This document shows, piece after piece, positions 1-9,170 of a stretch of 64,000 bases of DNA. Under the pieces are notes generated by a model, which was not told where the DNA came from, made no database searches, and saw only the letters and a program-made list of their open reading frames with translations. A program made the translations under genes and the position numbers. Within the stretch, counting starts at the first letter, position 1; every line of letters starts with the position of its first letter. Origin of the DNA: a virus (Duplodnaviria; Heunggongvirae; Uroviricota; Caudoviricetes); IMG/VR virus record IMGVR_UViG_2585427593_000001, positions 56,832-120,831 of that record; one strand, given 5' to 3'.

Positions 1-392
1 CCTTCGATGAGGATCCGGAGCTGCGCCATATCGTGCCGATCGGCTCCTTCGGCAAGCATCTGTCCTATGGTGCGCCTGACGGTGACGATCAGCTCGGTCG
101 CTTCCTGAAGCTGAAGGGAAGGGGCATCACGACTGTCACGATCATGTGGGACGGCGAAGTCAACGCGCTGCTCGCCGCCCTCGACGCTGCGAAGGTTCTC
201 TCCGGTATCGGGATGAAGGTCCGCATCGCCTTGCTGCCTTTCGAAAAGGATCCGAACGAAGTCACTGGCGACGTGGTGCGCAAGGCATTCTATGCGGCTC
301 AGTTCTGGACGCCGGCGCTCGATATCAGGTGGCGCCTTCGCAATCCATATGCAGAGGAAGCCAAGAAGAAAGCTGCTGCTGCAAAGGAATAA
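1..392 (+). CDS. DnaG-like primase, C-terminal Toprim portion (5' partial, continues upstream of the window)
   Basis: The reading frame is open from position 1. LLPFEKDPNEVTGDVVRKAF matches the DnaG Toprim LPDGEDPD..VRK motif, and WDGE resembles the DxD motif. Confidence 0.6.
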   Translation, partial: FDEDPELRHIVPIGSFGKHLSYGAPDGDDQLGRFLKLKGRGITTVTIMWDGEVNALLAALDAAKVLSGIGMKVRIALLPFEKDPNEVTGDVVRKAFYAAQFWTPALDIRWRLRNPYAEEAKKKAAAAKE

Positions 393-454
393 GTAGCTTC
401 TTACTTACTTCCTACCGCGTTCCGACGACGCGCTCGCTATAACTGAAAACACAA

Positions 455-1030
455 ATGTCAAAGCAAACGACAAGCGTCAAAGGCCGTTTGTCGACGAGGA
501 AAACTATGTCCGTTTATCCGATCAAGGTCCACTCGATCTCGCTCGATCATCGAGGTGGGACCAAGTCCTATCACCTGATGATGATCCAGGCCGCGAACGG
601 CAACTCGGTCGTCGTCTATCGCTGGGGCAAGACCGGCGTGTTCGGCGAAACCAAGATCGAGACCTATGACAGTCCGGTCAAGGCGCAGAAGGGCTGGGAC
701 AAGAAGGAACGCGAGAAGACCAACAACGGCTACTCGCAGACCGGCCCCGTCGTCGAGAAGACTGCCAACGACGCGAGCGAGCTTATGGCCGCGATCGGTC
801 GCAATATGTTTGCGAAGCTCGGCGCTTCGAACGTCAAGCACCTCGATCCTTCCTTCGATACCAGCGGCATGCGCGAAGCCGACGATCCTCAGTATGACGA
901 GGAAACCGGCCGGAAGCTCGATACCGCCCGGAAGATGGACCTCGCCGCACTGCTCGAGGAGCAGAAGCGCAAGGAAGAGGCCGAAATCGCCGCAAACTAC
1001 GAAGTCAACGAACTCTACGGGAGGTTCTAA
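455..1030 (+). CDS. WGR-domain protein
   Basis: VVVYRWGKTGVFGETKIETY...KGY fits the WGR domain signature (W-G-R/K-x-G). The codon usage is phage-typical. Confidence 0.55.
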   Translation: MSKQTTSVKGRLSTRKTMSVYPIKVHSISLDHRGGTKSYHLMMIQAANGNSVVVYRWGKTGVFGETKIETYDSPVKAQKGWDKKEREKTNNGYSQTGPVVEKTANDASELMAAIGRNMFAKLGASNVKHLDPSFDTSGMREADDPQYDEETGRKLDTARKMDLAALLEEQKRKEEAEIAANYEVNELYGRF

Positions 1031-1587
1031 TGTCGCGCCATTACCTGACGCTGGACAACGATAACCAGTTCCAGTTCGCTTGCCCGATCTTCAACGTCAC
1101 CACCAAGATGAGCCTGTGCATGAAGCTGCGCGAGCTGGTCTGGATGGGCAAGCGCCCGGACGTTCGCAAGGGCTGCCAGGCGTGCATGTCGGCCGGCAAG
1201 TGCCCGGCTGCCGCAATCGTCTCGAAGATCTCCTATGGGCGCGATGTGCCCGATGAATACGGCTCCAAGACGCCGATCGTCGGCAAGCTTCGTCGCGACA
1301 TTCTGGAGCGCGTCCACCGCCCGATGGTGCTCGAGAAGACGCTCAACGATTTCAGCGTCCCGCCTGCCGAGCGCGACCTCATCGCCGGCGCTTCCGAGCG
1401 TATCGGCAAGATGATCGGCGCAGCACCGCTGCCGTCCACCGACGGCCCGCCGAGCCGCTCTGCCTTCGATACCGAGACGGCCGCTCCCAAGCAGCCGCGC
1501 AAGGCAAGGCCGAAGGCCGACAATTCCAACAAGGTCAACGAGGCAGCCAGGACCGGCGACCTCGCGGCCGCAATCAATGCAGCATAA
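1030..1587 (+). CDS. hypothetical protein with a C-terminal TGDLAAAINAA motif
   Basis: The ORF overlaps the upstream stop by ATGA. The C-terminal motif is shared with two other proteins in the window. Confidence 0.5.
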   Translation: MSRHYLTLDNDNQFQFACPIFNVTTKMSLCMKLRELVWMGKRPDVRKGCQACMSAGKCPAAAIVSKISYGRDVPDEYGSKTPIVGKLRRDILERVHRPMVLEKTLNDFSVPPAERDLIAGASERIGKMIGAAPLPSTDGPPSRSAFDTETAAPKQPRKARPKADNSNKVNEAARTGDLAAAINAA

Positions 1588-1599
1588 GGAGAGGTATTC

Positions 1600-3129
1600 A
1601 TGGACGCATATGGAGTTGCGCGTCTGATCGAGGACATCGCGTCCACGTCGTCGCGCACGGAGAAAGAGCGCCTTACGAAGACGCTTGCCGAGTCCGATAT
1701 CGGCAAGTTCATTCTGACTTGGGCCTACAACCCGTTCATCACCTTCGGCATCACGCCGGCCATTTCCGATAATGCCGGCAAGCTCGCCTTCGAGTTCAAG
1801 CCTAGCCTCGTCGAGCCGCTTCTGCAGCAGCTTTCGAGCCGCGAGCTCACCGGCATGGCAGCCGAGCGCGAAATCGGCGAGGTGATGGCAGCGCTTAACG
1901 AAGACGGGCAGCGCCTGCTCTTCCTGATCCTGTCCAAGGATCTGAAGTGCGGCATTGCCGTGAACACCATCAACCAGGCTATGCCCGGCCTGATCCCGGT
2001 CTTCTCCGTCCAGCGCGCCGTCGCCTACGAGGCGAAACGCATGACGAAGGTCATGAAGGCCGAGTTCAAGCTCGACGGAAACCGCAACTCCTTCCTGTCG
2101 AAGGATGGAAATGGCGGGTTCTTCACGCGCACGGGCAATCGCGTCGCGCCGCTCGACTTCCTGGTGCCGCACGTCATGAAGGCTGCAGCCTACGCCGCCC
2201 AGAAGGGCAGCGATGCGTTGAAGAAGGTTCTGATCGGCGATCGCATCGGCAGTATGTCGAGCCTCAACTTCATGCTCGACGGCGAAGCCATGATGACGCT
2301 GTTTGAGGAGACCGGCGCATTCCGGCGCAAGGACGAAGACGCTCTCGGCGCCGAGCTCCATCTCTACGACATGATGCCCTTGGAGCATTTCGACGCGCCT
2401 GGCGCCGTCGGAGAGCCGCTCAAGGTCCGTCGTCAGTGGGTCGCGGAGTTCGTCAAGCTCGCCAAGGAGGCTCTTACCGGCACTGCAGGCGCCGAAGCCG
2501 TTCAGCTCGTGCCGCAGTTCTTCGTCAACAACGACTCCGAGGTTCAGGCGCTGTTTGAGCGCGCCCGCTCGATGACGCTCGCCAAGTATCTCGCCCGCGG
2601 CAATGCCGAGCGCGAGAAGGAGCTGCTCGCCAAGACGATCGACAAGGCGACCGGCCAGCCGAAGGTTCTCGAAGGTATCGTGGTCAAGGACGACGATGCC
2701 CTCTACGAGAAGAAGAAGTCCGCGGCCTGGCAGAAGCTCAAGGCGGAAGAGACGCTCGATCTGCCGATCGTCGGTGTCTACAACGGCCAGGAGCATTCCA
2801 AGTATGAAAACATCCTGGGCGGCGTCATCGTCGACCATAAGGGTGTCGAGGTGCGCGTCGGAGGAGGGATCTCCGATGAGGATCGTGCCTATCTCTGGAC
2901 TCTCTGGGAGAAGGACGCGGCAATCATCGGTGTTGCTCCGAAGGTAGGCTTCAAGGGCGCGACCTTTGAATACGACACGCTCAAGCGGCTCGGGGCGACC
3001 AATCTCCTCACCCGGCTTCTCGAAACCGAGTTCATGGAAGTGACGCCCGACGGATCGCTCCGTCACCCGCGGGCAATTCGCTTCCGTGACGACAAGGACG
3101 GCGAAGTCGAATCCAGGGAAGCGGCGTGA
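1600..3129 (+). CDS. ATP-dependent DNA ligase
   Basis: Adenylation motif I KxDGxR is present (EFKLDGNR), with ligase-like N-terminal and OB-like C-terminal regions. Confidence 0.8.
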   Translation: MDAYGVARLIEDIASTSSRTEKERLTKTLAESDIGKFILTWAYNPFITFGITPAISDNAGKLAFEFKPSLVEPLLQQLSSRELTGMAAEREIGEVMAALNEDGQRLLFLILSKDLKCGIAVNTINQAMPGLIPVFSVQRAVAYEAKRMTKVMKAEFKLDGNRNSFLSKDGNGGFFTRTGNRVAPLDFLVPHVMKAAAYAAQKGSDALKKVLIGDRIGSMSSLNFMLDGEAMMTLFEETGAFRRKDEDALGAELHLYDMMPLEHFDAPGAVGEPLKVRRQWVAEFVKLAKEALTGTAGAEAVQLVPQFFVNNDSEVQALFERARSMTLAKYLARGNAEREKELLAKTIDKATGQPKVLEGIVVKDDDALYEKKKSAAWQKLKAEETLDLPIVGVYNGQEHSKYENILGGVIVDHKGVEVRVGGGISDEDRAYLWTLWEKDAAIIGVAPKVGFKGATFEYDTLKRLGATNLLTRLLETEFMEVTPDGSLRHPRAIRFRDDKDGEVESREAA

Positions 3130-3293
3130 TGCGTCTCGTCCTCTCTCTGTTGGCACTCACCGCGTATGTCGCGGTGGGTCGCTTCTTCTTCCAGACAACC
3201 AAGGCACAGATCCTTCTAGGCGGCGTGGGCTTCATTGCCGCCCTTGTGATCTATCTGCTGATGAGGAACGACGATGAAGCTGTGGATCCCTAA
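3129..3293 (+). CDS. small membrane protein (54 aa)
   Basis: ATG overlaps the ligase stop. The product has a hydrophobic helix. It is not in the ORF track because it is under 60 aa. Confidence 0.3.
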   Translation: MRLVLSLLALTAYVAVGRFFFQTTKAQILLGGVGFIAALVIYLLMRNDDEAVDP

Positions 3294-3693
3294 TATCGTC
3301 CAGGATCGGGAGGCTACTTCGTTTCTGCACTCGAAGGTGCTTCAAAAAGCTCTTTAAAAGAGTTCGCGGGCGATTCCGGTATCGTGGTCTCGTCTGGGAT
3401 TAGCTCCAGTTTGCTCGGCGGAGTGAAAAACAACTCGCTGTGGTCCCCTTTGGGCCAGATTGCCTGGAATATCTGGGAAATCGTCGCATCCGGTGCGAAG
3501 GAGTATGCTTTCGTGGGAGCTGCTTCCTTCGCCCCAACCCCTTGCGTTGGAGGAAAGCTGGCTATGACCACAAACCGTTCGGCCTTGCTGCTCATTCTGT
3601 CCATTCGAATCTCCATTGAAGAGGCGACTATAGCATGTCTGCGCCGGCACTATTGTTATGGTTGAGATATCAACAGGTCCGATTGACCTACAG

Positions 3694-4854
3694 TTACCGA
3701 TGCGGGAGTTTCATCTTCAAGATTTCCTTCGTGAGGTCGAGCTGGCCTGCTTTGATCAATCGAATCATCGCTCTGAAATAGCCGCCCGCGTTCTTGATCG
3801 GATCAGATCCTGGCGCGGGCCGCGTTTGCATCTGGACCACGTAAACCAGCGTGGCTGAAGCCCCGAGCGCCCCGATTTCACGGGTTGCCTCCTCCCAGCC
3901 CGACGCTGAGACCCCAAAAGCGCCCCTCATGCGCGACACGCCCATAATTAGGTCGCGGTCGCTGCGCACATCGCCTATAAACTCCATCGCATCAGGGCAG
4001 GCTCTCGCCAAATCGCCGGCATTTAGGCTCATGCCCGGCCGTTCCGGCTCCCTCACATCATCAATGCCGTTGTTACAAGACTGGTCAGGGGCATATTTGT
4101 TGTTGTCTTTGTGACGGCAAGAATTGCCGGCAGAGGCGGCATAATATTTACCTTCTGCTTCCTCCCTGATCGAGCGCCATGCATCCCGGGCGTCGTCGGC
4201 CGATCCCGCTCCGGACCTGCGTGGTGTGATCCTAGCGAGCTCAAGCGCGCGGGCCGTCAGTTCGCTAATGTCGATGCTCGGGAAAGTCTCTGCAAGCGTT
4301 CTGAGAGCCTCCTGCGCTGATCTTCGATGAATGGTGAGCTCGTCAAAGGCAGCAGCTCGCTCTCGCTCCACGTCTTTGATCGCCTGGAGCTGATCGCGAA
4401 GCTCCGGCAGGCGCGCGAGGAGGGGCGAGAGGTCAAAGCCATACGCCTTGACGATCTGACCCCGCAGAGATCGCTGCGCGAACCGTTTGCCGTTCGGACT
4501 ATCCTTGGCGCCAATCACACCGTCGGCGAGCAGACGGGCAAGCGCATAGCGAACGGATCGCTCTGGAATACCGGTGCGCTCGACCAGGAATTCGTTCGAC
4601 GGCCAGACGAGCATCCGATTTTCGATCAGCTCTCCACCGTAGACGCCGACGAGCTGGTCGAGGACGAACCTGCAGCTTGACGGTAGTTTCAGCACGCGGG
4701 CAGCCACCCGCGCTGCCTCGTAGAGGACTTGTTTGTCCGCTGTGTCTGGCTCTGCGGCCGACGGTGGTGTCGGCTTTAGAGCGCGCCAGCCGGACGACTG
4801 TGCGCTTCTCATGGTTATCCCTTTCACAGGGCAACGCTTCGCCGTTCGCCTCAA
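3694..4854 (-). CDS. repC: RepC-like replication initiator protein
   Basis: KDSPNGKRFA, FGFDLSPLLARLPEL and C-terminal AGGYFRAMIRLIKAGQ match conserved blocks of repABC-replicon RepC. It lies on the minus strand in a low-GC island. Confidence 0.8.
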   Translation of the reverse strand: MRRTAKRCPVKGITMRSAQSSGWRALKPTPPSAAEPDTADKQVLYEAARVAARVLKLPSSCRFVLDQLVGVYGGELIENRMLVWPSNEFLVERTGIPERSVRYALARLLADGVIGAKDSPNGKRFAQRSLRGQIVKAYGFDLSPLLARLPELRDQLQAIKDVERERAAAFDELTIHRRSAQEALRTLAETFPSIDISELTARALELARITPRRSGAGSADDARDAWRSIREEAEGKYYAASAGNSCRHKDNNKYAPDQSCNNGIDDVREPERPGMSLNAGDLARACPDAMEFIGDVRSDRDLIMGVSRMRGAFGVSASGWEEATREIGALGASATLVYVVQMQTRPAPGSDPIKNAGGYFRAMIRLIKAGQLDLTKEILKMKLPHR

Positions 4855-4983
4855 ATAGGCGTTGACAAATCAGCGGTGATTCGGGATAACCAAAGTGCTT
4901 GATAGCTCTGGTGTCCCGACGGTCACTATCTAATTTCGAAGGCTCTGGGATTGCAGTCCTGGAGCCTTCAGCGTTTTAAGCCC

Positions 4984-5187
4984 TTAATTTCGTTCCTGAA
5001 TTAACTTGTTGAGGGCAGCCGCAACGGCTTCAGACCGATTGCGGAACTCACCCGACTTGACCAGTTCGTCCAAACGTGTCGTCAGACGGTTCTCAATCCA
5101 AAGAAGAACCTGCTTCTCGCCTCGCGCTTCACGCTTGACGCGATATCTCTCTGACGCCGTAATCTCGCTTTGGATGCCCATGATCAA
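4984..5187 (-). CDS. ribbon-helix-helix (CopG/ParD-like) DNA-binding protein
   Basis: A 67-aa protein with an RHH-like N-terminal strand and the SEAVAAALNKL helix. Confidence 0.5.
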   Translation of the reverse strand: MIMGIQSEITASERYRVKREARGEKQVLLWIENRLTTRLDELVKSGEFRNRSEAVAAALNKLIQERN

Positions 5188-5347
5188 AAATCCGACTCAT
5201 TCAAACCATTACATCGCTAGTGATCGCCCGATTCTGCTGATTTGTGAAGTCCCCAATATCCACAACAGCCAGAGGTAGGCCCTAGCGGCGATTTTCTTGC
5301 ATAAGGTGCGTTATGGAACTCCCGCCTTTGGGCGTAATAGCCGAAGC

Positions 5348-5716
5348 TTACTTAAACGCCCAACTGCAACTGGCAACCCATGCGGCAACGCCGGCGTCGA
5401 CTTTTGCGTGATCCAATGAGTTAATCGCGGGCGTATAAATGGCAATCAGCTTGGAGAGTTTCTGCGTGTCCGCGAGGCCACCATCAGGGTGACTTGCGTC
5501 AACTGTAGTAATTGGAACCATCGCTGCTTGCGCCGCTTTCTGGTGAGCGTCTGCGACGGCCTTATGAGTTTCGAGCTGAGTTTGCATCATCTCACCAATG
5601 GCTTTGCATTGCTCGCGAGTTATCTGACCATCCGCCGCCTGAGAGGTTCCGGCCGCAAGGGTCGCGGCCAGCAGGATCAACCTTGGAATGTAATGTCTAT
5701 TTGTAGGAGAGTGCAT
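5348..5716 (-). CDS. secreted hypothetical protein (signal peptide)
   Basis: The N-terminal hydrophobic stretch LILLAATLAAGTSQAADG looks like a signal peptide. Confidence 0.45.
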   Translation of the reverse strand: MHSPTNRHYIPRLILLAATLAAGTSQAADGQITREQCKAIGEMMQTQLETHKAVADAHQKAAQAAMVPITTVDASHPDGGLADTQKLSKLIAIYTPAINSLDHAKVDAGVAAWVASCSWAFK

Positions 5717-5903
5717 TATTTTGCCCTATGTTGAACTACACGTGAAAGCCTGTAGCCGGTCTCTATGACTGTCAAGCGAGCGGAACTTCATGCTCCTCCC
5801 AATCGATGGGGCAACCACATATTAAGTGGTGCGTTTGGAGTCCAGAAAAATAAGTAACTGTTGACTTATTTTTTTTCATGTGGTCTGAGAGCAGGTGCAG
5901 TAA

Positions 5904-5926
5904 CCCCATGCGCTTCTCGCTATAAG
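5904..5926 (+). promoter_or_regulatory. phage promoter-like element (CGCTATAAG)
   Basis: Matches the repeated GCGCTATAA family. Confidence 0.4.
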
Positions 5927-5984
5927 TGAAAGCGTCAGAGCGAGAATGCAACTAACTAGAGCCGCACCATCCAGGGGATATAAA

Positions 5985-6377
5985 ATGGCTAAGGAAAAAG
6001 GAACACCCACAAGGTTTTCCAACTATATATTTAAGAAGCTGATGGAATCGACGAAGTCTCAGAAAGAGATCGCCGAGGAAGCCGGTTACTCCAATCCGAA
6101 CATGATCACCATGCTTAAGCTTGGTCATGTCAAGCTGGCGCTCGATCGCGTGCCGGCAATGGCGAAAGCCTTGAACGTCGATCCGCTCGACCTGTTCAAG
6201 ATCGCTCTGACACAATTCTATGACGAACAAGCCGTCAGGTTTCTTACAGAGATCATCGAAGGCGGCGTCTCGCCTTCCGAGAAGAAGATCCTCCAGATCA
6301 TCCGGGACGCCAGCGGTAACGACACACCGCAGCTCACACCGGAGCGGGCAAAGCAGCTCGCCGAGATCTTCCACTAA
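5985..6377 (+). CDS. XRE-family HTH transcriptional regulator
   Basis: The HTH reads KSQKEIAEEAGYSNPNMITMLKLGHVKLALD. The likely start is ATG 5985, which has an RBS (the ORF track starts at 5946). A promoter-like element lies upstream and a terminator downstream. Confidence 0.65.
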   Translation: MAKEKGTPTRFSNYIFKKLMESTKSQKEIAEEAGYSNPNMITMLKLGHVKLALDRVPAMAKALNVDPLDLFKIALTQFYDEQAVRFLTEIIEGGVSPSEKKILQIIRDASGNDTPQLTPERAKQLAEIFH

Positions 6378-6408
6378 CTCGCTCCTGACCTGACGCGGTT
6401 CCAAAGGC

Positions 6409-6445
6409 GGCCTGCTATAAACGTGGCAGGCCCTCTTTTTATTTG
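6409..6445 (+). terminator. rho-independent terminator
   Basis: The hairpin GGCCTGC...GCAGGCC is followed by CTCTTTTTATTT. Confidence 0.6.
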
Positions 6446-6450
6446 CCGAC

Positions 6451-6470
6451 ATAAGTAATCACTGACTTAA
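6451..6470 (+). promoter_or_regulatory. 5' UTR hairpin (AAGTAATCACTGACTTA) without the canonical -10, abutting the RBS
   Basis: Variant of the palindrome family. Confidence 0.35.
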
Positions 6471-6490
6471 CCTACGAGGAAACGAGAAAC

Positions 6491-6718
6491 ATGTCTAACG
6501 AGTCCCCCTTCCTGCGCAATCTGTCGATGAATGACGAGCAGGCTTACCAGTTGGCGATGGAGCTTGAAGGTAAACAGGAGGACGCTATGAACGGTTGCAC
6601 GATCTACAGCGGCAAGCATCCCGTGCATGGCAATATCCACATCGTCATTCCGGCGATGGGCGAGGCAAAGGCACTTCTGCCCTTCGATCTGAAGCCTGTA
6701 GTTCTCCGTTCTTTTTAA
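6491..6718 (+). CDS. hypothetical protein
   Basis: An ORF preceded by an AAGTAA-N-TTACTT-like hairpin and an RBS. Confidence 0.4.
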   Translation: MSNESPFLRNLSMNDEQAYQLAMELEGKQEDAMNGCTIYSGKHPVHGNIHIVIPAMGEAKALLPFDLKPVVLRSF

Positions 6719-6727
6719 GTTTAGAAA

Positions 6728-6746
6728 TAAGTAATAGATTACTTAT
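6728..6746 (+). promoter_or_regulatory. 5' UTR hairpin AAGTAATAGATTACTTA abutting the CobT RBS
   Basis: Palindrome family member. Confidence 0.4.
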
Positions 6747-6765
6747 TCGAAGGAGTTAGCGAAGC

Positions 6766-9063
6766 ATGAACCGCGATATCATGGAGCTGCGCGAAGTCGT
6801 TCAGAAGCTCGTCCCTCTGCTCGCTGGCAAGGGGCTCGTTGTGACGCAGCGCGGCTCCCAGGCTTACGTGCGGACTAACACCACGACGAAGCAGCCGGAA
6901 GAGGTCAACATCCCGAACATCCCGGACAACGCGTCCCAGGAGTTCGTCTGGGCGATCCAGGGCTTCATTGACCACGAAGTGGGCCACATCCTGCACACCG
7001 ATTGGCACTGGTATGGTGGCAAGGGTGGCGTATCGGAAGCTGATCTGCGCAATCCGGCAAAGCGCGCATTCATGAACACCCACAATATCGTGGAGGACGT
7101 GATGATCGAGCGGGAGATGTCGAAAACCTTTCCTGGCTCCGCGCGCAACATCTCCAACACCCGCAAGTGGTTCCTGGCGAAGATCACCGACGAGGCGCTC
7201 AAGGGCGTCAAGGATCCTCGCGAGCAGTTCAACTACCTGATCGTCCCGGCCATGCGCGCCCTCGGTGACCACGAGGAAATGCAGGAGTGGATGGATAAGG
7301 GCGACTGGTGGAAGAACAAGTATGTCGCCGAACTCATCAAGACGATGAAGCCGGCAACCCTCGACCTCCTCAAGACCTGCACGACGACTAAGGAGACGCT
7401 GGTCATCGCCGAAGAGGTCCACGCGATCATCATGGGCAAGGTTGCACCCCCTGCCCCTCCGAAGCCGCCTGAAAAGAAAAAGGAAGACAAGAAGGACAAG
7501 GGCAAGTCGAAGGACAAGCCCGAGAAGGAGGCTGGCGAAGGCGACGGTGATGGCGAGCGCGATCACAAGGAGCCGGAGAAGGAAGAGGACAAGAAGCCCT
7601 CCGACGACGGCAAGGGGAAGAAGGAAGATGAAGACGACAAGGGCGAAGGCGTCGGCGACGAAGAAGACGAGGCTGTCGAGCCGGAAGCGGATGAGCCCGA
7701 CGCTGGCGACGACGAGGACGATCCTGCTGCCGATGAGGCTGATGGCGAAGACGCTGACGATGATGACGATGAACCTGCAGCCGGCGCATCAGACGATGAC
7801 GGTGAGGATGAGTCCGAGGATTCCGGATCGGCTGCGGGCGACGAAGATGACGTTGAAGACGATGAACCGGCGAGTTCTGGTTCTGGTGGAGCCGGTGGGG
7901 CCGACGAAGACGAGGACGGCGAAGGCTCGGCAGGATTCGATGAAGATGCACCGGGCGGCCCGCAGATCATTACGGCGGGCGCCGACGGTGGTGCAGTAGG
8001 CGACCCCGACGACGAGACCGAGGAAGAGACCCAGGGCGGAGGAGGCGGTGTCGGCAACGGCATGTCCAAGTCCCTCTTCGACTTTGAGGACGGTGACTTC
8101 GACGAGGTCGACATGTCGGCGCAGATCGCCATCAAGATCTCAGAGGAAGCCGTCCTTGCGATGGATCCGAAGCAGTATCTTGTCTACACCCGCGACCTCG
8201 ATCGTATCGAGCCTGTCGTGCCGCCCGAGGACATGAAGAAGACTTGGGTGCCGTCCCTTGAGGACGACACCCGGCAGATGACCTCGAAGATGCGCAAGGA
8301 CATCGAGCGCATGATGGCATCGCAGTCGCACGTCATCCGCACGCCTGGTCATCGAAACGGCAAGCTGCATGCGCCGTCGCTGTTTCGCGTGCCGCAGGGC
8401 GATCCGCGCGTCTTCACGCAGAAGCAGGAGCATGTGTCGAAGGATACGGCTGTCGAGCTTGTGATCGACAATTCCGGCTCGATGAGTGGAGCGAAGATGA
8501 AGCTCGCCATGACGGCCGGCTATGCGCTCTGCACCACGCTCGACGCGGTCAAGATCGCGCACGAGGTCATCGGCTTTACGACCGGTGGCTGGCATCACCT
8601 GCCCCACACGATCCGGCAGGCGATCACCGACGATCTGCACAAGTCCTCGATCTCCTGGGACCGCGTTGGACCGCTGGTGCTGCCGATCTACAAGACCTTC
8701 GAGGAGCGCATCACCGCGACCGTCAAGGCGCGCTTTGCGTATATGCGCGAGGCGCAGGTCGGCATCTCCGGCAACGTCGACGGCGAGTCCCTCGAATACT
8801 GCGCCGAGCGTCTGCTTAAGCGCCCTGAAAAGCGCAAGGTGATGATGGTTCTGTCCGACGGTCAGCCGGCCGGCTCCCACAAGGCAGGGCCTCATCTGTC
8901 CCATGTCGTCAAGCAGCTTGGCAAGATGGGTATCGAATGCATCGGCATCGGTATCCAGGATGACAGCGTGAAGCGCTACTATCCGAAGTTTACGGTCCTG
9001 CACAACGCCGCGGATCTCCCCGGTCAGGTGATGGGCGAAATCAAGCGTATCCTGCTGTCCTGA
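6766..9063 (+). CDS. CobT-like protein with a vWA domain and a long acidic linker
   Basis: A C-terminal vWA MIDAS motif is present (DNSGSMSG). A D/E-rich low-complexity region of about 200 aa is typical of CobT-like phage proteins. It is paired with the downstream CobS-like AAA+ gene. Confidence 0.8.
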   Translation: MNRDIMELREVVQKLVPLLAGKGLVVTQRGSQAYVRTNTTTKQPEEVNIPNIPDNASQEFVWAIQGFIDHEVGHILHTDWHWYGGKGGVSEADLRNPAKRAFMNTHNIVEDVMIEREMSKTFPGSARNISNTRKWFLAKITDEALKGVKDPREQFNYLIVPAMRALGDHEEMQEWMDKGDWWKNKYVAELIKTMKPATLDLLKTCTTTKETLVIAEEVHAIIMGKVAPPAPPKPPEKKKEDKKDKGKSKDKPEKEAGEGDGDGERDHKEPEKEEDKKPSDDGKGKKEDEDDKGEGVGDEEDEAVEPEADEPDAGDDEDDPAADEADGEDADDDDDEPAAGASDDDGEDESEDSGSAAGDEDDVEDDEPASSGSGGAGGADEDEDGEGSAGFDEDAPGGPQIITAGADGGAVGDPDDETEEETQGGGGGVGNGMSKSLFDFEDGDFDEVDMSAQIAIKISEEAVLAMDPKQYLVYTRDLDRIEPVVPPEDMKKTWVPSLEDDTRQMTSKMRKDIERMMASQSHVIRTPGHRNGKLHAPSLFRVPQGDPRVFTQKQEHVSKDTAVELVIDNSGSMSGAKMKLAMTAGYALCTTLDAVKIAHEVIGFTTGGWHHLPHTIRQAITDDLHKSSISWDRVGPLVLPIYKTFEERITATVKARFAYMREAQVGISGNVDGESLEYCAERLLKRPEKRKVMMVLSDGQPAGSHKAGPHLSHVVKQLGKMGIECIGIGIQDDSVKRYYPKFTVLHNAADLPGQVMGEIKRILLS

Positions 9064-9110
9064 AAAAAGTAAGCGGGAGCTTAATATTCCCGCTTGCACA
9101 CCAACGCGAA

Positions 9111-9130
9111 ACTAAGTAATGACTTACTTA
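9111..9130 (+). promoter_or_regulatory. 5' UTR hairpin TAAGTAATGACTTACTTA upstream of the CobS gene
   Basis: Palindrome family member. Confidence 0.4.
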
Positions 9131-9170
9131 TAGCGCAACGCGAAAGCGCTTACTCACAAGAGGGTTAAAC

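Noticed and set aside
1027-3156. A 709-aa minus-strand ORF antisense to the DNA ligase gene.
   Set aside because: High GC produces long stop-free antisense frames. The + strand product has ligase motifs and coherent codon usage, and the antisense frame has neither.
7430-8135. Overlapping Arg/Pro/Ser-rich ORFs on both strands inside the CobT-like gene.
   Set aside because: They are products of the GA-rich repeat that encodes the polyacidic linker, so they are other-frame translations of low-complexity DNA.
9068-9100. Hairpin AAGCGGGAGCTTAATATTCCCGCTT after the CobT gene as a + strand terminator.
   Set aside because: No T tract follows on the + strand. The T run is on the minus strand, where no gene is transcribed, so it is left as an unexplained hairpin.
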